This document shows positions 25,901 to 35,868 of a DNA stretch of 64,000 bases, one piece after another. The DNA is taken from contig JAUCBJ010006956.1 of NCBI GenBank assembly GCA_032718475.1, positions 1 to 64,000 on the forward strand, written 5' to 3'. The notes beneath the pieces are model-generated. The model had not been told where the DNA came from and did not search any database. It saw nothing but the letters and a program-made list of their open reading frames with translations. Source of the stretch: Nemertoderma westbladi (taxonomy: Eukaryota > Animalia > Xenacoelomorpha). The translations under genes and the position numbers were made by a program. Position 1 is the stretch's first letter. Every line of letters starts with the position of its first letter.

Positions 25901-28265
25901 GCTCTATATACCAGCCAAGCTTACCCGTCGTGAGCTCTTGAGGGTCATTTCCTTTGTATTTGACCCTTTAGGATTAATTTGCCCTTGGACTTTGAGAGGG
26001 AGACTCCTATTACAAGATTCATGGAAATCAGGGAAGGGATGGAATACTCTGGTAGAACCAGAAATTGAACATTCCTTTAAATTATGGGTCAATGAATCCT
26101 TAACTACTAATGTTGTTGAGTTTCCACGTTGTATTAACTTAAGTCCAACTACTACCTTACATATTTTCTGTGATGCTTCTATTCTTGCTTATGGCTTCTT
26201 GATCTATGTTGTTAATCCAAACTCTATACCTTTGCTATTCTATGGCAAATCTCGTGCAACGCCTTTAAAACATAGACCATCAATCCCAAGATTGGAACTA
26301 TTGGCTTGCTTGCTTGGTGCACGATTTGCTAATCATATTGTTATGAAACTTTTCAAACCATTTAACACATTCTTTTGGAGTGATTCCTGTTGCGTACTAC
26401 AATGGATACGTAAAGGACCTACAAAAAAGGATATCTTTGTCCACCGGCGAATTGAGGAAATTAATGGAATTGTTGACCCAGGACAATGGCGCTATGTTTC
26501 TACTCTTGAAAATCCTGCCGATATTCCTTCAAGGGGATCAAATTTATTACCCCTGTTATCTAACAAACTCTACCATCATGGCCCACCATTCCTATCTAAG
26601 GCAATAGATGAATGGCCAAAGGAACCATCACCTCCTCCTCAATTAATTATTATTGAAGCACCTCCAGCTTTGGATCTTGATGGATGTCTAGATATTAGAA
26701 AATATTCTAATTTTGTGACATTAGTTAATATAGTTTCATGGCTTTTACGATTTGTCAACAACTGCCGTAAACCTATTACGTCCCATAAGGAGTGCCTTTC
26801 ATTCGCCGAAACTAATTATGCGCTATTATTATTAATTAAGTCTGAACAATGGAAATGTTACAGGAGTGAATTTATGCATCTTCAGGAGCATTCCTATCTC
26901 CCTAGAACTTCTACACTCTGGCGATTTCATGCAGTAATTAACGATGGGATTTTGGTAATGTGTCCCCGCACCGGTGATTCGACACTCCCTATACTCCCTA
27001 AATCAAGCTATCTAACTCGTTTAATTATCCAATATTATCACAGTAGCCTGATGCATCAAGGCCCTGAAGCTACATTAGCTCTGATTCGTCAAAAATATTG
27101 GATTCCAAAAGGACGATCACTTGTTCGACACATAATACATGATTGCTATAGATGTAAACGCTATCAAGCTCAACCCTGCCAACCACGTGAGTCTCACCTT
27201 CATCCCTTTAGGATTACTGCTACAATGCCATTCTTATGTACGGGAGTGGATTTTTTCGGACCACTATACTTGTTTGATGGTGAAAAGGTATATGGTCTAC
27301 TTTTCACTTGTTCTTCCACACGTGCAATACACTTGGAGGTTGTTGAGGAAGCTAGCGCAAAACATACCCATCTTGCTTTTCGAAGATTCTTAGGTCGACG
27401 TCTCCCACCTATGTGGCATGTCAAGTTCTACTCAGATAATGCAAAAACTTTTTTAAAACTTTCAACTATGCGCTTTCCTTCCCACTCCATAACATTTACT
27501 TTCATACCCGTTCGATCTCCACACTGGGGCGGCTGGTGGGAAAGGATGGTAGGCATAGTAAAGAAATGTTTAAAAATAACTTGTCATAATCAAGCTTTTA
27601 CTCTCATTCAGTTGGTGACTGTATTTGTGGAAATTGAATCAGCTGTTAACAGCCGGCCAATTACGGCATTGTCCAGCGATCTGGATGATTCCAAACCATT
27701 AACACCATCTCATTTCCTGTTCTGTCATACTTCCGATACTGATAGTATTGACCCTGCAGCGACTAATTGTCCTGATAACCTACGTAAGGCTCTCTTACTT
27801 CGAGATAAGGTTTCACGATCTATTTGGAAACTATGGTCTACTGAATACCTTGCGTCACTAAAATGTTGGAGAACTCCCAGTCGAGGGACTAGTAATATAC
27901 CTGAAGTAGGTCATGTGGTATTGGTGAAACAAACTGGCAAAGTCCCAATTCCGCGAGGTAAATGGCCACTAGCACGTATATTGGCTTTACATCCAGGACG
28001 GGATGGATCAACATATTCAGCTGATATACTACTTAATGGTAAGAAGACGAACCGTGCACTAAACTACCTCATTCCTTTGGAATGTGATGTAACCTTTAAT
28101 GACACCCCTAAAGTTAATGATAGTGGCATACCCAATGTTATGGTTAGTGTCCCAGATCAACAAACTCGAAAGGACAAAACTGAAAATAACCTTAATTCTA
28201 AAGACAATAGGACTTATTATATTTCGAGATATGGGCGACGAGTAAATCATTTCAAAAACCCATAG
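22923..28265 (+). CDS. BEL/Pao gag-pol polyprotein (1780 aa)
   Basis: DUF1759-like PTFDGDYLLWRPFWDQF; Cys-His knuckles ending KKHHTLLC; protease YLDDGS; RT LYSDD; RNase H HIFCDAS...PRLELLA; integrase GVDFFGP/SDNAKTF/WWERMV; C-terminal WPLARILALHPGRDG. Confidence 0.97.
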   Translation: MSLPGSPTRNRGGKAAIGDDNEIRRRIEFLKRNRTTERTKAQKLITDIKVFWDQSEVDIDADELAYNIEVAEQYRKNLNTIDSELIELGYSVETSSYDRDLHKTIFKSTRVLNRVERAEQHTHSTTSEKSQSDSGGGAGTKGLPKISVPTFDGDYLLWRPFWDQFEALIHNRTSLTNIERFVYLRSCLVGDAKDSLGGLSLTATNYENAIALLKRRYGNPHLLIGMYASRLCALPIIQSNDLKGFRGIIDSFEAALREIQQLAIEITSPKSDGEMLSTDKGKSNDLTSLLLAPLLLQKLPVDMVLTWNRSHAVERFNLEPLLLFINTELESLESVAYGSSNSYTSTVGTTVRSSTHFNRKNASGSVASTTALYTSTMETSKKIVTKCPACKSSPVHSLRNCVGFLSKDIDQRCNIVKLTKLCKNCLGPHPTHLCTSEGTCSNCGKKHHTLLCFRSKGLIPTNKDSVGESASNKLPPSTSASKQASNDFTAKKSFSPKGPTNFYNNPSNSCVDTSKINNSRNNPIFIKLALGYITPPDSTEGYLIHIYLDDGSKRSYIREDLSTSLSLPSQDTHIMTTGSFGGYYTTQEADHVNFKLYSQFNSEPIDLSAWTTETLCPPMQQEYFHSLPPQLTHIQQWADIFDGGERTVSLIIGADYIWQVTNFIRTCPNMPAIIDTFFGTVLSGPAIGQQYNTPTSTDNVSMLITEPIEVTNLWNLEAVGVKGEELYCDPYIPPERSIEDPTHYRVRLPFKGTKRPISNYKIICRQQYHTMSKLNISEAEIYTTKMDKLWSDDIIELATSSHEEGFYLPHHLARRDTKPRVVFNGSSCDSAGISLNSCLDSGPNLLSNLVDILLRMRFYSHIITADIAAAYHQVEVHPEDRMWLKFLWKTNTYQFVRVPFGITPSGFLLHSTIQHHVNTYGNTEFVREFMESLYSDDVMKSSNNRHELNHFLQSAIELLQGAGMELKPVLNPKKILGVCLNNNNDTFSIDLSKLYIPAKLTRRELLRVISFVFDPLGLICPWTLRGRLLLQDSWKSGKGWNTLVEPEIEHSFKLWVNESLTTNVVEFPRCINLSPTTTLHIFCDASILAYGFLIYVVNPNSIPLLFYGKSRATPLKHRPSIPRLELLACLLGARFANHIVMKLFKPFNTFFWSDSCCVLQWIRKGPTKKDIFVHRRIEEINGIVDPGQWRYVSTLENPADIPSRGSNLLPLLSNKLYHHGPPFLSKAIDEWPKEPSPPPQLIIIEAPPALDLDGCLDIRKYSNFVTLVNIVSWLLRFVNNCRKPITSHKECLSFAETNYALLLLIKSEQWKCYRSEFMHLQEHSYLPRTSTLWRFHAVINDGILVMCPRTGDSTLPILPKSSYLTRLIIQYYHSSLMHQGPEATLALIRQKYWIPKGRSLVRHIIHDCYRCKRYQAQPCQPRESHLHPFRITATMPFLCTGVDFFGPLYLFDGEKVYGLLFTCSSTRAIHLEVVEEASAKHTHLAFRRFLGRRLPPMWHVKFYSDNAKTFLKLSTMRFPSHSITFTFIPVRSPHWGGWWERMVGIVKKCLKITCHNQAFTLIQLVTVFVEIESAVNSRPITALSSDLDDSKPLTPSHFLFCHTSDTDSIDPAATNCPDNLRKALLLRDKVSRSIWKLWSTEYLASLKCWRTPSRGTSNIPEVGHVVLVKQTGKVPIPRGKWPLARILALHPGRDGSTYSADILLNGKKTNRALNYLIPLECDVTFNDTPKVNDSGIPNVMVSVPDQQTRKDKTENNLNSKDNRTYYISRYGRRVNHFKNP

Positions 28266-28284
28266 TGTTTTCGACGTGGGGGTA

Positions 28285-28455
28285 TGTAAAACTGATTTTT
28301 ATCTATACTTTGTTCCTATACCGTTATTCCTATACTGGTATTCCTATACTGCTGTACCTGATCTATTACCACCTCAATTATTGAACTTTCTGACATTTTG
28401 ATATAAACTTATTGTTTTCATTATTTATTTGGAAAGGGGTATTTTGGCTGGAACA
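28285..28455 (+). repeat. 3' LTR of element 1, preceded by a short G-rich PPT (GTGGGGGTA, 28276-28284)
   Basis: Identical to the 5' LTR; followed by TSD TTTAC. Confidence 0.97.
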
Positions 28456-28589
28456 TTTACTATTATTAGCTTATTTCGCATTTATTGATAAAGGGGGATG
28501 ATGATGGCTAGGGTGACATAAGTATCTGAGTGTGTGCTCTGTGCACAGATATCCCCATTGGTGACATTGCATCCTTTGCTTAAATCAAG

Positions 28590-29710
28590 ACTGCGGGAAG
28601 GAGCATCAAGACCAATCGTGCCAGTGGAGTATTTAGCGTGCCCCCTGATGTGTTAAAATTCCTGAGTGTTTGGAGCTCATTCACCCAATTGTTGTGGACA
28701 TGTCTAGGACAAAGAGAGTCCCTCACGAACTGAAAATAAATAAGTTGGTCCCAGCCCCAAAGAAGCGCTACCTAACAACCCGTGGGTCTTTTCGTTAATC
28801 TTGATTGCTGCAGAGCATACAACAGAATTCTATAAAATCGCATAAGGGATTCTGTTGAGAGACTGTTACGTGCGATCTAAAATGGGTTCCGTAAAGGTCG
28901 CGGGACCATGGAGACCATTCTGGCACTTTTTAGAAGGATACTCAAAGAGTTATCAACCTGGCTATATTATTTTCTTTATTGATTTCTCTAGTTCCTTCGA
29001 CTCAGCAGTCTCTCGACCACGTATGTTCAGCATACTTCCAGCATATGGGATTCCTTAGGAAATTATTACAGCGATCAGATCACTCTATGATGGTTCCACC
29101 ACATTATGACAGTGAACCTTGACAGCTCTCAAGAAATGTCTGATCGTAAGGGCATAAGCTCCAGGGATGGCTTGCTTGAGCATGTGGCGGATGACTCCCT
29201 GCTGGGTTCATGTATCGGGAAGTCAGATGAAGAATGCCTTCGGATACGTAAGACTGCTGCCCATGCATGGACAGCATTGAATAGTCTGTTCAGGATTTGG
29301 AAGTCCCATAGAATAAAACGGAAGCTAAAGATTCGATTATTTATGGCAGCACTAGTACCAGTATTCTTATATGGGAGACCATGCTGGGCTCTAACTGCAG
29401 AGGATCACAAAAATACTGCGCCGGGTTCATTGTGTCAAGTACAATGAACACATATCCAACTATCTATACACCAATGGAGAGGTGTTTCATTAATCTCCCG
29501 TGCTTGACACTTGAACGGAACCGCCTCGCTTGGCAGGACATTGCTTTCCCCGTGAGAACCAGCCAGTGCATAGTCCGTGCTTTTTTTGAGGCTTCATGGA
29601 GTGAATAAGCATGGTGGACAGCCCATGACTTTCTTGTGATTTATCTTAAAAGGACACTGGCCTTGAAGATGCCGATGATCTAGCAAATGTCATGGGTGAT
29701 AGTGAGTTGT
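28590..29710 (+). pseudogene. Decayed RTE-like non-LTR retrotransposon fragment
   Basis: FIDFSSSFDS...RMFSILPAYGIP and RKLKIRLFMAALVPVFLYG motifs; same family as 60690-61890. Confidence 0.75.
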
Positions 29711-30379
29711 GGCAGTTCAATTTTGTCGAGAAGCCAGCACAGCATTCTTAATATATATGTAATACATATATATACAGCATGCTGTTAGTATTAGTAGTAG
29801 GGGTGATATTGTTATATAAAGTGAGCTGATGTTTGTTTGTGTTTTAATTAAATATTTGTGTAACCAGTTGGTACTATAAAGTGTCTGTGTTTGACACTTG
29901 ATCTGGTTGTTTAGCACTGCGTGAACCACAGAATCCACTACGTGTAATGCGTGAATCCACGAACTATAACCAACAAAATCATAACCCATTCGTGGGGTCT
30001 TCGCGCAGCACGAGGCTCAATTATGAGACACAAATTTAAATTGAGCCATTCTATTACAAAATCTGTTTTTAAGAAATTTAACAAAATTGCCACTCAATAA
30101 AAGTAAGGGGGACAGGCAGTACCTCCCCTTTTAATTTGCACCCCAACCCATACGGGGCAGACAGTACTAGTAGGTGTTAGTTGTAGTAGTAGTAGGTATA
30201 TGTTGTCAGTGAATTTGTGTTTTATAATTAAGATTGTGGCTGTGGCGTCTCAATTTGTCAGAAATGTAAAAAATATCTTATGCCAATGTCGATGTACAGT
30301 AGTAGGCCTAATTATATTGAAATATAATTAAATGAATTTACCTTGTTAAAGTCTCAGTGTAAAATGCATAAAGTGTATA

Positions 30380-30790
30380 ATGGTAAGTGTCCCAATCATC
30401 CAAAAGAAAAATTCACCAGAGTGGCGATAAACACTCTTACAGTACCAGAGCTAGTGCTTCAAACTTCTACCTCCCGAATTGTAAATCCTTTGAATCTGAT
30501 ACTTTCTTTTTTAACGGCATTAAAAATTGGAACGCTCTGTCTAATGAAATTAAAAACCTAGATAATCAAAATTATTTTAAATCTGCAGTTAAATCTCACC
30601 TCCGTGTGCAATGTAAAAATAGGTACAATAGTCCTACAGTAAGTTATTAGTTTATTAATTAGTTACTATTTATAATGTAATTACGTTTTATAATAAATTG
30701 TTCTGTGCATAGTTCCATCTTTATCGTTGAGTCAGAGTATTGTCTCGCTCTCGGTAAAGTTGTACGTAGTTTAATTTCGTTTTATAATAA
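30380..30790 (+). pseudogene. 3' end remnant of a CR1/L2-like LINE
   Basis: TFFFNGIKNWNALSNEIK...FKSAVKSHL resembles LINE ORF2 C-termini; 30693-30790 recurs at ~46590-46690. Confidence 0.55.
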
Positions 30791-30809
30791 GTTGTACTGT
30801 TAGATTGAA

Positions 30810-31496
30810 TCTTAGGAGGCGACTTCAATGCAAGGCAAGATATTGACGGCAACGACAAAACAACAGCGCTTAACGAAGTCTTGGAAAATTATGATTTATC
30901 ACACTTCAGTCTAACCCAGTAGTAGAACCAACCTATATCAGTGACAACGGTAACAGCACAATCGATTTAGTTTATGCGAACAAATTGCCCGAGATTGTCC
31001 GAGGTTCTCGCATTAAACAGCACGGCAAAGGCCGTTCAATCGGTAAGAGTGGCTCTGGGCGTCTCCAAGCGACAATATAAGAATCGCCTTAGTGATAAAC
31101 TAGAAAATATCAACGGCAATCGGAGGAGAAACTCATAGGAACGGCAGAAAATGAACCGTATAAATGTTGCAAGAAAAATAAACAGCAAACAAGCTGCCCT
31201 ATAACTCTGAAAACATGGGAAGACCATTTTAGTTTACTTTTATCGTCTAATGATATTCCTACAGACCAACTAGATGATAATTTAGTAGACGAATTCGAGA
31301 CGACAATCTCGTCTCGAGTTTCCTTATGAGTTCCCCCCGTTTACTGGGGAAGAGGTACAATCAATTATTAATGATAAGCCGATAGGAAAGTCTGGGGGAC
31401 CGGATTATGTCCCACATGAGCTGCTGAAGGCTGCACTACCAGCTACCCCGTGGACCACCTTATTTAATATCTGTTTATCAACTGTCACTTTAGTAT
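30810..31496 (+). pseudogene. LINE remnant, left part, interrupted by BEL element 2
   Basis: GDFNA endonuclease-like motif near 30820, STIDLV near 30955, and GPDYVPHELLKAA...WTTLFNICL directly before the LTR. Confidence 0.7.
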
Positions 31497-33102
31497 TGTT
31501 GCCGTTATCCCAACACCAGGGGGGAAAAACGCCGATGCTGGAGACGTGACTTTACAGACCACTGAGCCCCGGCCAGTCACCGGATATTGATTTTGGAGAA
31601 GGAATGATTTCTGAGATGCAGGGTTGCGGTTGAGAAAAAGCTGCATTAGTTGGATATACTCTTTAATGTAACTGAACTCTGTTGAACCTTGTTGAAACCC
31701 TGATTAAGAATAATTTTGGGCTTCCCCAAATCAATATACACCAAATATTCACAATAATTATACACGATAATATAAATCCCTACAGTATATTATTTAATTA
31801 CCCACTGTTCGCTCAGATTTTAGCCTACCTAATGTTCCCCAGATTTTCCCTCGGTCCTAGTCTTAGTGCCGTAGTGTCGGTGTCGGTCGACCCTGTCGCG
31901 TGTCCGTTCCACCCCTCACGAACCCCGAAGGGAACGATCATCGAGAACCAGCACGGCTTGGCTAAGGGTCGGTCCAGTCGGTAGACTCTGTCGCGTATCC
32001 GTACCACCCCTCTCGAACCCCGAAGGGTTCGGTCATCGAGAACCAGTACGGCTTGGCTAGGAGTCTGCCGTGTCGGTGGACCCGTTCGCGTGTCCGTTCC
32101 ACCCCTCACGAACCCCGAAGGGTTCGATCATCGAGAACCAGAACGGCTTGGCTAGGGGTCCGTCGTTTCATCACAGAAACCCAACCACCTAGGCTTTCCG
32201 AGTCCCTTTCAGGCTCGTAGTCGCTTCGGCAGCCGAGAAACTGCTCCGAACAGTCGGTAGGCCAGTAGAGTCTAGTCGAGTCTAGTCCTTTGTCTTTCGA
32301 CCCCATCGCGTGTCCGTTCCACCCCTCACGAACCCCGAAGGGAACGATCATCGAGAACCAGTACGGCTTGGCTAAGGGGTCTGTCGTCGGTTCCCGTCGC
32401 AAATCCCAGTACAAGCAGTCAGCGTTCCGAGTTCTTTTCAGTCTCGTAGTAGCTGCCGTTGACCAGAGACCGCTAAGGGTAGTTCTCGTCAAACCCGTCC
32501 TGTGGCCAGCCCTTTCGCATGTCCGTCCCACCCCTCGCGAACCCCGAAGGGATCGGTCATCGAGAACCAGTACGACTTAGCTCAGGGGGCAGTCGTTAGT
32601 TGGCCACCCATTCGCGTGTCCGCTCCACCCCTCACGAACCCCGAAGGGAACGATCATCGAGAACCAGAACGGCTTGGCTACTAAGGGGCCGTCGTTTCCC
32701 GTCGCAAATCCCTGACACAAGCAGTCAGCGGTCCGAGTTCTTTTCAGTCTCGTAATGGCTGCTGTTGGCCAGGGACCGCTAAGGGCAGTCCTTGTCCTTT
32801 AGGCCTGGCGCATTACCAAATCCACCCCTACAGGCAGCAGGAAGTTGGCCAGGGCCTAATAGTACTCAGGCTAACCTGAATACTGCTTGCATTTTCCACC
32901 CCCCCCCCCCTGGCCCTTATAACTATGAAATTATTCCCGTACCCTGTAAGTTGCCCCAAAGTTCGCCCATAAATCGCCCCCAGTTTATTGAATGTGCCCA
33001 AAACCCATGGTCCCGCACCCAGTAGTAATATCGGAATAATCAATTTTAATAAAATACAAAAATATTCAACTCGCGTTATGGAAAGTTGAAATACCGCGAA
33101 CA
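31497..33102 (-). repeat. 3' LTR of element 2 (1606 bp)
   Basis: Matches 44251-45806 with about eight substitutions and indels of 1, 6, 39 and 4 bp. Confidence 0.97.
31889..32690 (-). ncRNA. Array of six ~82-89-nt structured RNA modules (kink-turn capped by a cUUCGg hairpin) in the LTR
   Basis: Conserved core TTCTCGATGAYCGWWCCCTTCGGGGTTCGHGAGGGG on the minus strand; each copy is closed by a different complementary basal stem. Confidence 0.7.
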
Positions 33103-33111
33103 GTCCCCCCC
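33103..33111 (-). promoter_or_regulatory. Polypurine tract of element 2
   Basis: GGGGGGGAC directly before the TG of the 3' LTR on the minus strand. Confidence 0.8.
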
Positions 33112-33267
33112 AATGACCTTCGTGAAGTCTGTCGGTCGATTGAGTTTGCGTAGGTCATTCCCAATATAAAAAACCCAAATTTAATATTGCATAGTTTTTA
33201 ATTAATTTGGCCTAGAGTTTGTATAAAAATAAATGTTCGATAAATGTTCCTGGAATATCCCGATCCA

Positions 33268-35868
33268 CTATTTCTTTCTCTGATACGCCTTTCGTCTCTT
33301 CGCCCGTCGACTCTCATCGATCGCTATGGCTGGTAGAGGAGCGTCCACATCCATCGTGAGTAACGCTTCGGCTTGTCTCCTGGCGGCTCTTCCTTTCGAT
33401 GGCATAGGGATCATGTCGGTTCGTCTTTCCAACTCAGACTTGCGTGTCTCTAGGAACCACTCTCCGTCACCGAACTCCTCTTTATACGAGTATAATCGTC
33501 TAATGACTTCAAATGGACCGAATAATCCGGCGCTCAGTAGCAGATCCACGTAATGGAAAGGTAGCGTGGCCGACGTGTGAAGGCGTTCCGGGAAGGAGAA
33601 ATATCCGCACGCCATCTCCTGCGCGATATTCCGAGCGTTTCTCCGAACCTTGGTCTTTAAGTGGCTGTTTGCGTATGTTTCAAACATGACCATATTTCCC
33701 ATAGCGGTAACGTCTTTGGTTGGACATTTGATATAGCAGCGGGGGCTAGATGAATGTCCACGGAAACCGCACGTGGTGCAGAGGTTATAAAGGATCGGAC
33801 AGACGGAAACATCGTGGCCCGATGTCGCGCAGTATGGGCAATAGAGTATCCCGAGGAGCTGGAGGCATGAATCGGTAACCCGATTCCTTCTGCCGCGTGG
33901 GCACTGCTCCGAACCACAGTCGCCGCATACCTCCAACTGCATCTCTCGACCAGGAAATATCGGAATCGGGACGCCGACGTAGTATTCGAGTCGTCGGTCG
34001 CTCTTCGGAATATTCTCGGTGGTCGGTAGCCCGCGGAATGCTAGGCTTTTGCGTAGTAGGTTCTCGCTCCGATAACCTTCTTTGTGTCCCGCTGGTCTTA
34101 ACTCGGATGACCGTTTCTGGTGGTGGATCCATTCAGTTTGCTCGGCGTACCAACGGGTTAGTCGCATAGGGTCCTGAGGAATGGCGGGTGTAGTAGCCAC
34201 CGCTGGTCGGCGAAGAGGTGCCGGGGTTTTAGACGGAGGGATACCGAGGAGATCGTCGGGGGTCGGCGCATCGCTGGGGCCCTCCTCGATCAGTATCGCT
34301 GCGCGGGTCCGTTGGTGGCTGGTACTCGGAATCTCCGACGACCAATCTTCGCCACCCGGGAAAGGATACGGGGATAACCGTTGGCATATGTCGCCGAAGT
34401 CGCTCAATGCAGCTGTAGTGGCTACCTCCCTCGCGGGGCTACCGGAGCCGCGTGGGGTGTAAACGCCTGCTCTCTTCATCGGTTCGGCTGAGGCAACCCG
34501 TTTGGCGGCCGGTCCATACGCGGCCTCCGGCTCGAGTTGTCGCTTCGGGGTGGAGAGTAGAACACCCTCGTTTAGCCATATCTCTTCCCCTTCCGAGGAG
34601 ATCAGAGGCTCCTCCGCACCGAGAAGTTCGGTAATCGTAGGGATGTCGTAAGGTCCGCTCTCGTCCCAGGAATCGATAACGGCGAGCGTTTTAGTCTCTC
34701 CCGGTGCGATGTTCTCGACCGCTTTGAATGCGTGGTGTATGACCTCGTTCCAGTCGTAGTCGACGAAGGAAAGGGGGACCGCCGTAATAAGGTTATCGAG
34801 AGTTCTACAGATAAACTTAGCGACGGTGTAGCATTCCATAACGACGTAAACGTAGTTCCGTCGATCGGGATTCTCCCATCTTTGGTGTATCGTCCACTTC
34901 CGATCAACGTCCTTCCATCGACCCTCTCGCTCGCTCTTTATTTCTAATCCCGGGTATCCACCGTATATTTTATTATAGTCCCGGAATTTCTGGGGTTTGA
35001 AGTCGATACCGCCGTTGAGCACAGCGAGGTAGCCGATCCCTGATTTCGTCGGTCTCACCTCTTGGAATCCTCGCATGAACTCGGCGAATCGTAACCAGGC
35101 TAGTAGCGTTTGAGTGTCAATGCAATGGCTAAGGGCGTTGAGGTCGTCTCGTCGGTTTCTTCCTGCAGGAGCGTTCGCGTAGTCGTTCCGGACGTCCGCC
35201 TTGATATCCGACCCGATTTTAATGACGTCGAAGTCGAAGAGGATCTTTTGGATTTCCGGAGGCAGCAACCAGATCGCTCCGGCTGCCTGCACTTCCTGTC
35301 TGGGTGTCGGGAATATTCGGCACACCAGTACCAAACCGTCCAGGGTTCCGAGGACGACGACTAAGGATCGACCGTATTCTTTCGCCCCGTACTTTTCCTG
35401 GTAGTCGTCGCGGTTTTGGATAATCGATACGCGTTCCTCTCGAAGCGTCGCCGTACACTCCGACAGGTTTCCCCAGTGGGCGAGGTACGTACTCTTGTCG
35501 TCGACGAAACTTTGACATCTCGCCAACGTAATCGCTTTCGAGGTGGGCGTCGCGTTTCCCTCGTTGTCGTAGATCAAACATCGGGATCTGTAGACGCTCT
35601 GCCGGAACGTTTCCCAAAACGACGAATCGTCCCCTCCGGTTGCCTTTGCGTTCCGAGTTCTTTTCAGTCTCGTACTAGCATCGGCTAACCGGAGGGCTCG
35701 TAGATTCTTAGAATCCGGTCCCTCTCGCCCGGTGAATTTAATGACTCGCACGTTCTCATTTAGCAGGGTGCTCCAATTTGTATCGAAGTCAGGGGATCCG
35801 GGTTGCGAATATTCCAGTAGATCTGTCGTGTTACGTAATTCGCCGATAATTTGGCGATTTGGGTCCAT
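33268..35868 (-). CDS. Accessory ORF2 (866 aa): DEDDy-type 3'-5' exonuclease-like domain, low-complexity linker, CCHC zinc knuckles, basic C-terminus
   Basis: ExoI-like IYD101NE103; LPPEIQKILFDFDVIKIGSDIKAD225 (ExoII); CIDTQ; ExoIII-like RWENP...Y341VVME345; CPYCATSGHDVSVC and CTTCGFRGHSSSPRC; RRAKRRKAYQRKK. Confidence 0.8.
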   Translation of the reverse strand: MDPNRQIIGELRNTTDLLEYSQPGSPDFDTNWSTLLNENVRVIKFTGREGPDSKNLRALRLADASTRLKRTRNAKATGGDDSSFWETFRQSVYRSRCLIYDNEGNATPTSKAITLARCQSFVDDKSTYLAHWGNLSECTATLREERVSIIQNRDDYQEKYGAKEYGRSLVVVLGTLDGLVLVCRIFPTPRQEVQAAGAIWLLPPEIQKILFDFDVIKIGSDIKADVRNDYANAPAGRNRRDDLNALSHCIDTQTLLAWLRFAEFMRGFQEVRPTKSGIGYLAVLNGGIDFKPQKFRDYNKIYGGYPGLEIKSEREGRWKDVDRKWTIHQRWENPDRRNYVYVVMECYTVAKFICRTLDNLITAVPLSFVDYDWNEVIHHAFKAVENIAPGETKTLAVIDSWDESGPYDIPTITELLGAEEPLISSEGEEIWLNEGVLLSTPKRQLEPEAAYGPAAKRVASAEPMKRAGVYTPRGSGSPAREVATTAALSDFGDICQRLSPYPFPGGEDWSSEIPSTSHQRTRAAILIEEGPSDAPTPDDLLGIPPSKTPAPLRRPAVATTPAIPQDPMRLTRWYAEQTEWIHHQKRSSELRPAGHKEGYRSENLLRKSLAFRGLPTTENIPKSDRRLEYYVGVPIPIFPGREMQLEVCGDCGSEQCPRGRRNRVTDSCLQLLGILYCPYCATSGHDVSVCPILYNLCTTCGFRGHSSSPRCYIKCPTKDVTAMGNMVMFETYANSHLKTKVRRNARNIAQEMACGYFSFPERLHTSATLPFHYVDLLLSAGLFGPFEVIRRLYSYKEEFGDGEWFLETRKSELERRTDMIPMPSKGRAARRQAEALLTMDVDAPLPAIAIDESRRAKRRKAYQRKK

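Larger units (their letters stand above)
22426..28455 (+). mobile_element. Full-length BEL/Pao LTR retrotransposon (element 1)
   Basis: TG...CA LTRs at 22426-22596 and 28285-28455, 5-bp TSD TTTAC (22421-22425, 28456-28460), single gag-pol ORF with PR-RT-RH-IN order. Confidence 0.97.

Noticed and set aside
31825-32684. ORFs inside the element 2 LTRs (94-141 aa)
   Set aside because: They arise from GC-rich repeated modules; conservation follows base pairing rather than codons
31889-32690. CRISPR-like repeat-spacer array with self-targeting spacers
   Set aside because: Eukaryotic LTR context and no cas genes. Repeats are ~68 nt, gaps range from ~26 to ~150 nt, gap ends pair to close each module, and the matches to ORFs are one recurring hairpin motif rather than independent spacers
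31889-32690. Hammerhead ribozyme or SECIS interpretation of the LTR modules
   Set aside because: No CUGANGA...GAAA core. The stem above the GA/GA pairs is only ~7 bp and ends in UUCG, without the SECIS apical adenosines
33268-35868. ORF2 as an env/fusion glycoprotein
   Set aside because: No signal peptide or transmembrane segment; motifs point to a nuclease and zinc knuckles
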